Source: Octopus vulgaris
Taxonomy: Eukaryota
Direction: 5' to 3'
DNA: 64,000 nucleotides
Assembly: GCA_951406725.2 (NCBI GenBank)
Contig: OX597832.1
Location: 57,474,001 to 57,538,000 of the forward strand
The translations under genes were made by a program, and so were the position numbers. The notes under the pieces were generated by a model, which was given only the letters and a program-made list of their open reading frames with translations, did no database searches and was not told the origin of the DNA. Each line of letters begins with the position of its first letter. Within the stretch, counting starts at the first letter, position 1. Below, piece after piece: positions 26,444 to 41,255 of this stretch.

Positions 26444-26730
26444 GTATGTGTGTGTGTGTGTATACACACTCAGTCACACCCACTCACATACATCAAATAC
26501 ATGTAGACCAGCTTCAAAGCTTTGACCCACCCTGTGGCTGCAGTTGATTGGCTGAAGCTTCTGAAATAATGTGTATTTGTTTTTATTTTTTTTATTGTGT
26601 GTGTGTGTTTATATATGTCTATATATATATATATATATATATACATACATACATACATACATACATACACACACACACCAACACTTTTGTATATACATGT
26701 TTATTCCATGAACTTGCAAAACACATACCT

Positions 26731-26777
<47 letters not shown>

Positions 26778-27478
26778 GTATATGTATATATATATATGTA
26801 TGTATAGTTTGGAAGAGGGGATGTTAAAATGATTATGATGTTTTGTACATATGTATCTCCTTGTAGACATACCTTGTAATACTTTTATTCCTGGTCTTGC
26901 ATCATATTTTTTTTCTTTGTTTTTTTCCACTCCATCCCTAATAAACCATGGTACTTTACCTGCGAAATATTTCTACAGCGAAAACCCTCTGAGATTAAAT
27001 CTGTCCTGATATCATTTCATTGCCGAAACTCCACTCAAGCACTACCTGAAGCTCTGCTCTTCATTCATGATAAATGAGTGCAAGAACTATAATCAATTAA
27101 GCTAATGTCTGTCCACAGTTGGAGCATGGTTCCACAGCACCATATCAAAGCTACATTAGCTATGAAGTTAGATTCTTCAAGCATCATATAAAAGAGACGA
27201 GTCTCATCTCAGAAATGGACCAATATGATTTTGGATACTTTTAGATAAATCATTTGGATAGGTGGTGGGTTTTTTTTTTTGTTATCGTTGTTATCATTTT
27301 ATTAGTTTTCTTTTTGGGATTTTTTTGTTGATTGTTTTTTTATTTTTTTTGTATTTGAGTCTGATTGAAGACGCATTTTTTTTTTTGTTCCGGTTCCTAC
27401 TGGTTGCATCAATATTTCAGTTCTGACAAATAGATCCCTTTTGAAATTCTCTTTCATACTCACATGCAGACATAGGCA

Positions 27479-27514
<36 letters not shown>

Positions 27515-27580
27515 CATACATACACATATATATACATACATGCATATATATACATACAAATACACACATAGATTTATATA

Positions 27581-27612
<32 letters not shown>

Positions 27613-27669
27613 CATACATACACAGACACACGCACACACATATTTATATATATATATATATATATACAT

Positions 27670-27706
<37 letters not shown>

Positions 27707-27964
27707 CATTCATACATACACACGTACACACACAAACATGTGTATATGTGTGTGTGTATATGTATGCACAAACACATGAATGTATTCGTACACTTACCCG
27801 TGCATGCATGTGTGTCTATGTATTTATGTGTGTGTCTTTATAAATAAATAAGCAAAACAACTTACCTAACCTGGACAAACACAAGAGGCAACCCTAAGCA
27901 CTTCTGGTGATTTTTCTCTACATATTTCCCTTATACATTCCCTTGTGCATTGCCAGAAGGTGCT

Positions 27965-28252
27965 CACATGGCTGACTGGTTGAAAGGCACAACTTTTTGG
28001 CCGCCATATGATTTTGGGTTCAGTTCCACAGCACAGCTCCTTGAGCAAGTGTCTTCTGCTATAGCCCTGGGCTGACCAATGCCTTCTTAGTGAAATTGGT
28101 ACATGGAACCTGTTTCGAATCCCTTCGTATACATATGTGAATGTATGTGTCTTTGTTTGTCTCCCCACCACTGTCTAACAACCAGTGTTGGTTTGTTTAC
28201 ATCCCCGTAACCTAGTGGTTTGACAAAAAGTGACCAATACAATAAGTACCAG
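27965..28252 (+). mobile_element. Decayed family C SINE
   Basis: GGGTTCAGTTCC, CCTTGAGCAAGTGTCTTCTGCTATAGCC and 3' part GTTTACATCCCCGTAACCTAG. Confidence 0.75.
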
Positions 28253-29194
28253 ACGTCAAGAAAGAAATTGGCACTTGGTTTGATTTATTTGATTAAAAGC
28301 CCTACAGTTCTGTCAGAGAAACAAGTGCAAGTGTTTGCTTCCCAGCCACATGTTTGCTTATATGTGAAGTTATTTGTTGTTCATCATCATTGTCATCATC
28401 GTTTAACGTCTGCTTTCCATGCCGGCATGGGTCCGATGGTTTCACTGAGAACTGGCAAGTCAAGAAGCTGCACCAGGCTCCATTCTGATCTGGATGCCCT
28501 TCATTACACCAACCACTCCGAGAGTATAGTGGGTGCTTTCTGTGTGCCACTGGCATGAGGGCCAGTCAGGCGGTACTAGCAACGACCATGCTCAAATGGT
28601 GATTTTTACATGCCATCTGCACAAGAGCCAGTCCGGCAGCACTGTAATTAATGAGAGATAGAGGATGGAAGATACGAGAATCTTTATTGATCAATACAAT
28701 TGTTTTGACCCATCTAGCATCAATCACTCATTGGTGGGATACTGCTCCACTGGTTTAGCTATATCTCTCAGTGTAGATGTGTATCCTCAGGTGATTTCAA
28801 TAAGCATCTCATTAAAATAAACTCTATTTCACATAACTTCTTTCTGCATGTTTTCTTCTTGGTCTTCATATATAGAAATGACAAAATACAGGATACAGCT
28901 TAATTTTTATAGAAGATCCTTAACAAAGATGAGAAAGAAAAAGAAATGAATACACAATACAGTGAAAAATATTATTACATATAACCGTTAGTAGATATAG
29001 ATATACAAATGCCCACACATGCGGTGTGGTGTATGTACTCTTGTTTGTACAAACACACATGCACATATAAGCACATACACACACACACACACACACATGC
29101 ACATGTGGTTTGGTACACATATGCTCATACACAGAATTATGTAGGTATCAATAAAATCAGTACCCAATTTTTGAAAAGTAAAAATTTTGTATTA

Positions 29195-29503
29195 TGCAGC
29201 TTGTTATTCTCTTTAAGTGAACATTTTTCTGGTTGAAATAAACCGAAAAATGGTGACACAGCAGTCAAAAAATCGTAAAAAATAGGGATTTTCATAGAAG
29301 AAAAGCACCTTTTTGATGTAAATAATTTTTGGTCTTAACATGGTCTGATTTGAATTTTTTCTTCTTCGAAATGAAGAGCAAGCCTTCTTCTATCATACTC
29401 TCAATTTTGGTCAAGTTGCACCACAGGGTCTCAGAGGAGATAGTGTTAATTAAAGCCTACTGAATCTGCCACACACAGACAACTTCAGCTTTATGTATAA
29501 AGA
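29195..29503 (+). mobile_element. Possible Helitron/Helentron-like non-autonomous element
   Basis: Ends AATTTTGGTCAAGTTGCACCACAGGGTCTCAGAGGAGATAG...ACAGACAACTTCAGCTTTATGTATAAAGAT, a style recalled from invertebrate Helitron-like elements; single copy here. Confidence 0.4.
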
Positions 29504-32500
29504 TAGGCACATGTATGTACAGAATTGTGCATGAATATGCAACCTTGTAGGCACTGCTAGATGAATCAGACTCACATGCGGAAGATACAATAATGTAATG
29601 TAGAAGAAGAGGTGGCAAATACAGTTACACAATGTAATATTGAAACAACAAAATGACTTAAGTTCACATCAAGAATTCTGTATACATAGTCTCTGATTTT
29701 ATATACCATTTAGTCATGTTGATTGTATATGCAGTCGATAATGGCATGCATATACAGTCTAGAGTGGTGTGTAGAGTAGATGGGTTGTTTTTGAATGAAT
29801 GGCTAGTTAAGCAACTGAGAACCTGTAGAAAACATCAGTGTCAGGGTGAGGATATCCAGTGTAGTTACACGTAGGTTTGTTGTGTTTTCATTCCATGGAT
29901 AGCGATACGTATTGAGAGACACAAGTTGGTATTTACCTCACTTTAAGCGATATACCAAGGCCAAGGTATATCTCAGTGGTGTTGGTAACTAGTGTGGCAT
30001 AGTGTTTATAAGAATGGCGAGGTTGTGGTTATTCATCTGTACAATTAGGTAAAGTATGATTATTAATTTACTCAATGATTACCCTAATTCATGCCCATTG
30101 TATTGTGCAACAGTGCATTTAGTTGCATGCAAGTATCTTGTTAGTCTTTCTGAAATCTTATTAACGAGCTTCTAATTGGTCCACAAAATGCAGAGCAATA
30201 CTTCAGAGCATAGTCTGCATCCTGGAAAGGACATTGTATGGTTGTGTATGTCTTATTATGGACCACATGAGATCATATTTAATGTTCCTTTTCAATTGGC
30301 ATACAAAATCAGCTAAAGATTTTGAGTGCCTCTTGTTGATTTTATTGAAGCTGGTGACATGGTTTCCATGTCAGTTCTTGAACTAATCAGCCATTGAACC
30401 AGGTTAAACTTGTGTGTACAGTGCATTTACATGCAACATTTGTACTCATACAGATGTTCATCAATGGACATTTTGCTTTTTCTCTGCATGAGCATTTGTT
30501 AGATTTTGTTGCATGTAAAATGCTGCTGAAACAGATGTTAGTTCTGAACCTCACTTGTGTTCTTTTTTGATATATATATATAGACACACACACCCATATA
30601 CAAACACACACACAAATACACACCTACAGACACATACGCACACACACTCACATACACTTCTTTTTCACAGAATTCCTGTTATCTTTCTGGTATCATCAGT
30701 TTCTTGCTGAATGATCTGCATTCATTCATTCAACTGAAATTTGACGTATAATTAATGACATTCCACCATTCATTTGACAGAAGGGTTATTTGTTGGCGCT
30801 CTCACCAAATCAGTATCATTGTTACTCCAAACTCTGCTTGAATAAATGTAGGTTGCCATGCAAGAAACCTATGGTATCAGAGAGATAATGCAATTCTATT
30901 GTAGGCATAGGTATGTGGTGAAAAAGGAGCCATGTAGTTTTGGGTTCAGTCCCACTATATGGCATCTTGGGCAAGTTTTCTCTGCTATAGCCCTGGATTC
31001 ATCTATATCATCTGAGCGAAGTTGAAAAGAGAACAATTCAAACACTTTGAGAGGTCCAAAAAGAGAGAAAGAATGATTTCTAATAAAGATTCATCATATT
31101 CATAAAAAAAAACAGCCAGAGCAAGTAATAAGTATATGAAAATGGTAGTTGAAAAATATTGTTATAGGTATAAAAATACCATAAACAAATATAGAAAAAT
31201 TGAGGAGAAAAAGATATTGAATCAAAATTAGATTTGATATAAAATAACGGTATTTTCCAACTATAATATATATATATATAAGCACCCACTACACTCACGG
31301 AGTGGTTGGCGTTAGGAAGGGCATCCAGCTGTAGAAACATTGCCAGATAAGACTGGAGCCTGGTGCAGCCTTCTGGCTTCCCAGATCCCCGGTCGAACCG
31401 TCCAACCCATGCTAGCATGGAGAACGGACGTTAAACGATGATGATGATATATATATGTGTGTGTGTGTGTGTGTGTATGTATATGTGTGTCTTTCAGCTT
31501 GTTTTACTTCTGCTGGACAAGTGGAGTTGGTTTGTTGGCATCCCTGAAATTTAGCCTGGCAAAAGATGCCAATAGTATAAGTAAATAACTAAAATAAAAA
31601 GTAAAAAGAGAGGTCTGGGGTCATTTTGCCCAACTAAATTCTTCAAGGTGGTGGTGGTGGTGGGGGCTTAGCTGTCCAGTGACTAAAACAAGCAAAAGAT
31701 AAAAGATGTGTGTGTGTGTGTGTGTGTATGTGCAGGTGTGTTTCACTTTACGTGTATGAGTAAAACGCACTCAATACAGAAGCAGTGGCTAATTATTTAA
31801 TGTAGCACAGAGGTTAGTCCTTTTCATCTGAGTATTGTGAGTTTGATCAGATGACTCATGTGATCAGCAACGGTCACAAAATTCAGATTAGTAATGGACA
31901 CTAATCTCAGTAATACAACAAATATATATTAGTGTTGGATATATATATATATATGTGTGTGTGTGTATACATATACCCAGGTACATACCCACATACAGTC
32001 ATAAGTGCATGTGAGTGTGTGCATGTGTATATCTATATATATATATATACATTTGTACATATATATATATATACATATATACACTCACACATGTATGAAG
32101 GTATGTATACATTTACATACGCACACATGCATGCACAAATAGATTTCATAGAAACACAAATACACACACACTCTCACACATGCACACATATATAAACACA
32201 CACACACATATATATAAACACACACATATATATATAAACAAACACACATATATATAAACACACACAAATATATATCAACACACATATATATATATATATA
32301 TACACACTCACACACACATGTATGAAGGTATGTATATGTTTACATACCTGCACATGCACACATGAATAGATTTCATAGACACACAAACACTCACATATAT
32401 AAACGCACACACACACATATAAACACATATATACACATACACACACACATGCATATATATATATGTATATCATACACACATGTATGTATCTATGTATCTA

Positions 32501-33394
32501 TCTGTACATGATGTATACCTATACACACAGATGTTAGATGATGATGATGATATCTAAGTGTCAGGGTGCATATGTATGTGTATGTGTGTGTAATGCCTTT
32601 CATTTTTAATATTATATCACTTTGTACTAAAAGCAAAAACAACAACAACAACAACAACAGCAGTGACCACAAAAATAATGTTATATGCAAGTGATTTTAT
32701 TTAAGCCTTTGATATAATTTACATTGGCCAGTGTGATGGATGGGAAACAGTCATATTTAATATGTAATCTACACTAATAATTCAACTCATGCTGTCTCTG
32801 TAAAAAAAAAAAAACAAAAAAAAACAGAAACAAAAGAAAGAAAATCTAAAACGTAGGAAGGCGAAACAGATGGTGGGACCACGAGGATATTATTATTATT
32901 ATTACTACTACTATCATTATTATTACTATTATTATTATTATTATTATTATTACTATTATTACTATTATTATTATTATTATTATTATTATGATTATTGTTG
33001 CTGTTGTTGTTGTTGTTGTTGTTGTGGCGGTGTTGTCACTCTGATATTGGTGATATTACAAATCACCATTGATAATTTCTACATCTGATAAAGGGATGCT
33101 GATCTGAATGAACAGACAGATAAATAAAACATGAATCGATTCTCTTCTGTTTAGTTAGTGATTGGGTTTCGGTGGTGGCGGTGGCGGTGATGGTGGTGGT
33201 GGGCGTTGACGGGCGGTGGGAGATGGAAGGCAGACGGAGCGGTTTTGTACTGAATTTTAAACTTATTTGAACTACTCTGGCATAAAAAAAAGAATATGAT
33301 AAAAAAAAAAATGTAATTCTTTCATATTCCCTGGTGATGATTAGTGGAGAAAGATTTGAAGGGATAAATTGAAAGTTATCTATCTATATACTTT

Positions 33395-33446
<52 letters not shown>

Positions 33447-33567
33447 CATATATATAGAGGTATTTTATATATGTATATATATACACATACACACACACAT
33501 ATATAAATGGAGGTATATTATATATATATACAAACATACACAAACACACATATATGAATGTATATTA

Positions 33568-33611
<44 letters not shown>

Positions 33612-33687
33612 CACAGAGACACATTTGAATGTATATATATATATCATCATCATCAAGCAGACGTTAAATGATGATGATGGTGATGAT

Positions 33688-33744
<57 letters not shown>

Positions 33745-33854
33745 TATATATGTATGTATACATATGTATATATACACATGCACAGATATATATATATATA
33801 CACACACGTATATATGTATGTATATGTATCTCTAGATATAATTATCTATATATG

Positions 33855-33897
<43 letters not shown>

Positions 33898-34830
33898 ATA
33901 TATGCTATATATATTTGCATTTGTAATAGTACGTGCATGTTGATATATGAGTATGCGTGGATAGATAGATAAAATTCATGTAGAGTAATGTTTTTTGCGT
34001 ATGTTTAGGTTTTATACACATACATAATTAAAAGTTTAAAGATAAACTTACTGCTAACCCTTGCAGCTTCACCTCTTCGCTCCAAATTAGGGGCGGCAAT
34101 TGAATGCAATGAAACGAAATGAAATGCATGAGATATGGACACGAGATGGTTTTTGATGTAACATGTACCGCTAAACATAATCCCGACGTTGGAGAGTGTT
34201 GTAAGCACTTAGATTAAAACGAATAACAATCTCTCTAATGGAATGTCCATTCAGTTTTGTGTGTATCTCAGCTTTTTGGGTGAGAAATACCAATCCCTCT
34301 AATGGAACGTTGACCTATGTCTCTGCCATCATCATCATCATCGTCATCACCTCTGTGGCTGCTGCTTCTTTTTTGCTCTTGTTCTTTGTCTTCTTCATCT
34401 TCTCCGTTTCCATAATGATATTTTTGCATCATGGTTTTTGCTTCTCATGAGACATTGGTTTACTTTGTCCATCGCCGGAATATTTGCACTGCGGTGCATG
34501 ACAAACACAACGAACGCCAGATATACTTAAAAGTAAAGCTGATGAGGAATAAAATGAAATAAAACAAAGTAAAAAAAAAACAAAATAAAAATAGAATAAG
34601 ATAAATTGAACGCCACTCCCTACATCCCTGCCACAAGTAAGCGAACAGAGAGCAAATGAATTTTTGGAAAATATCTTCACTGGTTATTAATTTTTGGGAC
34701 TTTGTATATTTATTTTGGTCTTTTTTTAAAAAATTTTTATTGGCGAAAATAATTAAAAATTTAAAAATTATTAAATAAAGATAAGTGCTAGAGATGGTTT
34801 TACTCCATTAAGTAATGTTTTTAATTTACT

Positions 34831-34890
<60 letters not shown>

Positions 34891-35144
34891 TACACGCACT
34901 CACATACATACAGATATGTACATGTATACATACATCCACACTCACACATATGTGTATATGTATATGTACATATATGTTTGGGTATGTATAATTATATATG
35001 TGTGTATGGATGAGTATATATATGCATGTGTATATGTATATATATATATAAGTATATATATCTATATTTATGTGTATATAGACATACTTGTGTGGATAGA
35101 TATATAGATATATTTCTGTGTATATACATAAGTATATATGTGCA

Positions 35145-35180
<36 letters not shown>

Positions 35181-35564
35181 TGTATGTATGTATGTATGTA
35201 TGTATATATCTATATATATATATACATGTATTATATATAGGTATATATGTATGCATTATATGTATGTATATATACATACATATATATACATACATACACA
35301 CACACACATAATATGTATTCTTTTTTTTCTAGATTTTTAAACTTCAAACTTACACCAGCAAGTTTTTAACTTCAATAGTGTAAAAGTGTTGTAAAGTTAT
35401 GAAATTCTTTTCTTTCTTTTTTTTTTTTGTTTTTGATAAACACGTAAAAACGATATAGAATAAAGCAGTACAGTTCTGAGTGAAGACTCACAGTTACTAA
35501 AATCATGGTTACGAGTTCAAACTTTGTCAGAGACACTGATATATTGATTTTGGAGTTTACTAAT

Positions 35565-36178
35565 ACAGTAGAACCTCAGTTTTCGAACAACTCTGATCAC
35601 GAGTAAATCGTGCTTTATCTCCTGTCTTTCTCATATTCATTTAATACAGCAGTACCTCTGTTTACAAATGCCTCTGATCACGACTAAATCTTCCTTTATA
35701 TCTATATCTATACTTCTAATATGTGGAAGCGCAATGGTCCAGTGGTTAGGGCAGCGGCCTCGCGGTCAGAGGATCATGGTTTCGATTCCCAGACTGGGCG
35801 TTCTGTGTGTTTATTGAGTGAAAACACCTAAAAACTCCACGAGGCTCCGGCAGGAGGTGGTGCTGACCCCTGTTGTACTCTTTCACCACAACTTTCTCTC
35901 ACTCTCTCTTCCTATTTCTTGAGTAATGCTGCAATGGACTGGCAATCGCTTGACAACTGATGCTGGTGTGTTTACATCCCTGTAACTTAGCAGTTCAGCA
36001 AAAGAGGCCGATAGAATAAGTACTAGGCTTACAAAGAATAAGTCCTGAGGTCGATTTACTTGACTAAAGGCTGTGCTCCAGCATGGCGACAGTCAAATGA
36101 CTGAAACAAGTAAAAGAGTATATATAAAGCACGATTTATTCATGATCAAAGATGTTTGAAAACCAAGGTACTGTTGTA
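35565..36178. mobile_element. pogo/Tigger-like palindromic MITE with duplicated left arm and nested chimeric SINE
   Basis: TACAGTAGAACCTCAGTTTTCGAAC (35565) and TACAGCAGTACCTCTGTTTAC (35646) are inverted to TTTGAAAACCAAGGTACTGTTGTA (ends 36178); insert 35722-36120 is a family A head plus family C 3' half. Confidence 0.7.
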
Positions 36179-37556
36179 CTTATTTTCATTTAGCAATACA
36201 TAAAATCAGTTTTTGAAGAATGGCAGTACAGCCATTTGGATCAACCCTGAATTTAAGAACTATGAACATGGAATCTGCAAAAACAGATAACAACATTAAA
36301 AAAAAAAAACAATTGTCAAAGATCTTCTATTTCAGATCATTCTGTATCAATATTTTCTGTATCGATTAATACACACTCTAATGCCTGAGTTCATTTTGAA
36401 AAAAGTTATTATTGATTTTGAGTTACCTCCCTTGCTTCGTTTGGTTGAATTAATCATTGCTCACCAATGTTTGCCTCTTCTCACTGTCAACATTCAGTCT
36501 TGATTAGTTCAAGTTATCATGCTTCTCTCACCACATTGAATCTGTTTTTGTGCTTAATTCACTTTATGCTAATAGGAGAAATACGTGTTGAAGCTATCTT
36601 TTGGGGCTACAGTTAACCCCTCAGCAATTGACTAAATTTTGTTTCTTGTGTTGGAAAGTGAAACGAGTTAAATTTAATATTCAACCAACTTCGTTGAACA
36701 CTATTTCGTCTGTTGTGTTGCTCACTCGCTCGCAGGTTGGCTTGTTGGCTGCTTGGCACTCCAATCGGTTTATTGGTTTATGGGGTGTGAAATGGAACTT
36801 CATTCCTTGGGCATTTTATAGACTGATCTAATCGCTCTTATGGAAGAACCATAGCAATAAAAGAGCCATGCTTATTGGACAAACCTTGGCATTCAAATGC
36901 ATCTATTGGGCTGAAGAAAATGGTGGGGGAGGGGAAAGAATAAAAAAAGGGGAAACCATTCATAGTGATGTGGCCAAGATGGTTTGTTCCACAATCAAGT
37001 GGTTTTTGGTTTTTGGTTCACTCCTACTGCACAGAAATTTGAGTAAGCACCTTCTACTATAGCCCCATAACTGACCATGGACGTATGAGTTAATTTGGGC
37101 AATGGAAACTGTGTGGAAGCCAATACATACACATGAATGACCATGGGATTTTCTCACAGTCAGTGCCCAACTGACCCTGCTATACTGTGCAGTTGACAAA
37201 ACCAAGAAGAAAGTAGTTTGATTCCTGGACTGAGCTGTATGTTGTGTTCTTGAGTAAGGTACTTTATTTCACATTTCTCCAGTTCACTCAGCTCTAGAAA
37301 TGAGAATGAGTTGCAATATCACTGGTGCCAAGCTGCATCGGCCTTTGCCTTTCCCTTGGATAACATCAATGGTGTGGAAAGGGGAGGCTGGTATGCATGG
37401 GTGACTGCTGGTCTTCCATAAACAACCCTGCCCAGACTTGGGCCTCGGAAGGGAACTTTGTAATTTTGGTAAATATATCTGTTAAAATGAGATGTCAGTG
37501 TTATGTTTATTTTTGCGGAAATTAGATGACAATTTATTCATCATACCCTGTATGTA

Positions 37557-37636
<80 letters not shown>

Positions 37637-38019
37637 TAGATAGATAGATAGAGAGAGTGATAGGGAAATGGCAGTTTGTGCGTGTGTCTTTGCATTTGTG
37701 TCTCAGTGCTTAAGTGGTGTTGGTTTGATTACATCCTTAGATTACTTGGTGGTATGGTAAACAAAAAAGCTCCTACAGAATAAGTACTTTTGGCCAGGTA
37801 ATAATATATTACAAATTAAATATAACTTTGGGCATTTGATAGATAAATGCAAATGTTCACACTTATGTTCCCAACTTTAGCCATGACTGTATCGTTATGA
37901 TTGGATGCACCCAACACATGAGAATCACACCATTGGATTGGTTTACTGATGTACCTCCTCCTTACCCACTCCCCCTCTGGAATGTGCTTTCAATGTGTTT
38001 AACCCTTTAGCATTTAAAC

Positions 38020-38233
38020 TGACCATATTCAGCCCCAAATTTTCTATGTGTTTTATGTTTAAGCTGGCCATATTTGGCCACTCACACCTTCCTAAGAATG
38101 TCATTGTAAAGATAAGCAATCACATCATTGAAATCTGAAATCTGAAAGCTACAAGATAATGCATGATTAATTCAAAACAATGCTATAAATAAACCTTACA
38201 TTTGATGGAGTAATCTGATTGCGAAAGGGTTAA
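38020..38233 (+). mobile_element. Intact piggyBac-type MITE (second family)
   Basis: TTAA-CCCTTTAGCA...TGCGAAAGGG-TTAA; homologues at 11320-11430, 24333, 53948-54999, 54996-55227. Confidence 0.9.
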
Positions 38234-38419
38234 ATTCGGTTGCTGCTTGTCTTTTACTTATATTTCTGTATCGATTGTCTGACAGTGTGTTTGTTTCATG
38301 CTGACCACTTTAAGTTTCATCTACTGGCTACATCTATTGTGTAACATCATGCATTCCCTAATACTGAAACATATGTAACAGTTTGAAGAAAAGAGCACCG
38401 AGTTATGCCCATATTCTTT

Positions 38420-38760
38420 CATCATCATCATCATCATCATTTTGATGTCCGTTTTCCGTGGTTTGGACTGTTTGACTGGGCTGGCACGCCAGAAGGTTGC
38501 GCCAGGCTCCCAGTCTAATTTGGCATGGTTTTGTATGGCTGGATGCTCTTCCTAATGCCAACCACTCTGAGAGTGTAACGGGTGCTGTTAGGTGCCAGCG
38601 ATATCTGTTACGATTGTGATTTTGCTCAGCTTGATGGGTCTTCTTCTCAAGCATGACATAATGCCAAAGGTCTTGGTCATTGCCCAACACTTGAAAGGAA
38701 CTCAGTCACCTTGCCTCTGTGAGGCTCAAAACTCGTAGGGAACTCAGCTATTTTGCTTCC
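38420..38760 (-). mobile_element. Family D retroposon
   Basis: (CAT)n then GGCTGGATGCTCTTCCTAATGCCAACCACTC; matches 60180-60475 on the opposite strand. Confidence 0.75.
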
Positions 38761-39917
38761 ATACATATATATATATGCATGTGTGTATGAGTGAGTGTTT
38801 GTCTGTCTGAGTGTATTGTGAATGTTTTTCTGGTAGTATAGAGATCTGTCATAAAAGTTAGCTATGTAGGTTAACTTGTATATGTATAAAGATTTTGTAT
38901 AACGTTATGTAAGAAACCAATAATATCTTCCAATCAGTTTTGCATGCTAACACTAAAAATACTCTGAGAAATGATTGACCTGCCTGTCTGAGGCTTTGCA
39001 GATCCTTGTTTTGCTTTGATCCCAAAGGCGTTTAATAAACAAGTTATCTATTTCAGAAATTCTTTATCTTTTTGGGTTATTGATTGTAAGAAAATTCGGT
39101 GCCCTCCTCCGCCACCGCCAAAGTTGATTGAAACTCCAAGGAAAGATGCTAGTCGAACAAGAGGGAGAGAGAGAGAGAGAGAGAGTTTCTTTGAAGTTGT
39201 ACATAGCCAGAGTTGATTGTCTGCTATTTCATTATCACAAGAAATGCAGAGTTAATTATTGAAAGACTGTATATGCAGAGGATACTGATAGACAGAAAGA
39301 TCAGAAGATGGATAGATTGATAGCTAGATACATAGATAGATAGATAGATAGATAGATAGAGAGTGAAAGAGAGAGACAGAGAGACAGAGGGAGATAGGGT
39401 TATGATTAAATAATTCAATTTGATAATATTGTAAACTCTATCAAAAGAAGATGTCGGGGGGGGGGGGGAAAGAAGTACTTTTAGTGGCCGATGTTGTTCC
39501 ATTAGTTTTATCTCACAGACATTTTTGTTCCTGGCCTGATGAAGAATTTTTCCACAGCCAGATAAAAGAATGTTCGCCTAAACTAATTTCAGAAGCGATA
39601 GACTGACACCGTCTGCTAGAGTGTCTTACAGTGGTGCTGGTTGATCTGAGCAGTGGTTATACACATGCACTACTGATGAGATTTCTTCCGATTCCTGATA
39701 TTGACATTGCTGCTACTGGTAGCAGCAGCGCTTCCATCTCCTGGTCAACCCACTCCACCCAACCCTTCGCCGTGCACTAGTTCTAGTTTCTAGTTTCACT
39801 TTATCAAGTTGAAATCTACATCTCTTTGATTGTCTAATAACATTGCCACTCTCTTGCATGTTTGTTTTACACACACACACACACATATGGACATATGTGT
39901 GTTTATAGTATATACCT

Positions 39918-39948
<31 letters not shown>

Positions 39949-39991
39949 TAAATACATATATATATATATTTATACATGTATATATATATAT

Positions 39992-40020
<29 letters not shown>

Positions 40021-40022
<2 letters not shown>

Positions 40023-40225
40023 GTTAATCCAAACATGAACAAAGAGAAAACACAACAATGCAGGGATGTGGAATAAGTATAGTGTTATTGGACGCTCAGG
40101 AAAAGAAAGAAAGAAGGAGGATTTAACATTTTGAGCGGAGCTCTTCGTCAGAAACAGAAAAAAGGAGAAGTCCTAGAAAGGGAAGACGGAAAGAGAAAAT
40201 CGCCAACGATACACATGCGGTCACA
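40021..40225 (-). mobile_element. Short Penelope-like element with decayed minimal hammerhead
   Basis: Flanked by TA tracts; minus 40155-40122 reads GUUU-CUGACGA-A-GAGC-UCC-GCUC-AAAA-UGUUA (GAAA decayed to AAAA); related starts at ~2878 and ~62542. Confidence 0.65.
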
Positions 40226-40320
40226 TATATATACCTTTATATATATATATATATATACTCACAAACACATATATATGTATATGTATGTATATATATATAC
40301 TTTATTTAAAGCAGCAGAAA

Positions 40321-40405
40321 ATTCAACAAAACCTGTTACTCTGAGTTTCACGTTCCCGTTCGACGAATGGGAATGTGAAACTCAGAGTAACAGGTTTTGT
40401 TGAAT
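40321..40405. repeat. 85-nt near-perfect palindrome
   Basis: Arms 40321-40362 and 40364-40405 are complementary at 40/42; both differences are G.U on the + strand. Confidence 0.97.
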
Positions 40406-41038
40406 GAAGCATATTACTCTACCACTGGTATTTGAGTACTCTTTTTTCCACCTTGTTTCACATTTATGTGTTTACTCTGGTGTATATATATATATATACA
40501 GACACATGCATATTTATTTATATATTGTGTATGTAAAGAGAAAATTTTGTATGTATTCTTAGAGGTGAATCATTGATGTAACCATAATGTTCTGATGATG
40601 ATCTGATGAGCTGGATTTCTTTATTTGTATTGTTGTGTGACTATACAATGGGTTTGTATAATGTGTAGCATGCATATTAATGCAGACCATGTACACTGAA
40701 ATTATTATACACTAAAATTATTATTACACGAAGAAGGCTGTGAAACGGCTGTAACCCTGAGGATGACCAGTGGCTAAACGAACATATTTACCTCTCTAAC
40801 CTCCTGAATTTTATAGTTTATATGTAGAGATGTATAGGAGCACATACACGCACGCATGCACGCACACACGCACACGCACACTCATATGTATATATCATCA
40901 CTATCATCGTCATCATTATCATCATCACTGGCTTTATATCTGCTTTTCCATTCTTGCATGGGTTAGATGGTGTAATGATTGGATAATGCATGGATTGAAC
41001 AGAGTATATATATGTGTGTGTGTGTATGTGTGTGTGCA

Positions 41039-41255
41039 TGAGGGGGTGCTGAAAAGTTCCTGGCTTTGAGTAAAAGAAAATACATGAGAATCAGTTAATT
41101 ATGATTTTATTCAAAGTATTTCCCTTGTAGATTCACACACTTATTGTAGTGGTCCTTCAGTTTTTCTAAGCCCTGTAAAAGAACTCGGAAGGTTGAGCCT
41201 CCAACCAGGCCTTTTGCAAAACCCTTAAAGCCAGTGACTTTTCAACACCCTCTTG
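41039..41255. mobile_element. Mariner-like MITE (~217 bp)
   Basis: TIRs TGAGGGGGTGCTGAAAAGTTCCTGGCTTT / AAAGCCAGTGACTTTTCAACACCCTCTTG, TA at the right end. Confidence 0.8.

Noticed and set aside
40728-40782. Further hammerhead-like strings (also ~28700-28770)
   Set aside because: Core and stems too degenerate to support by eye.
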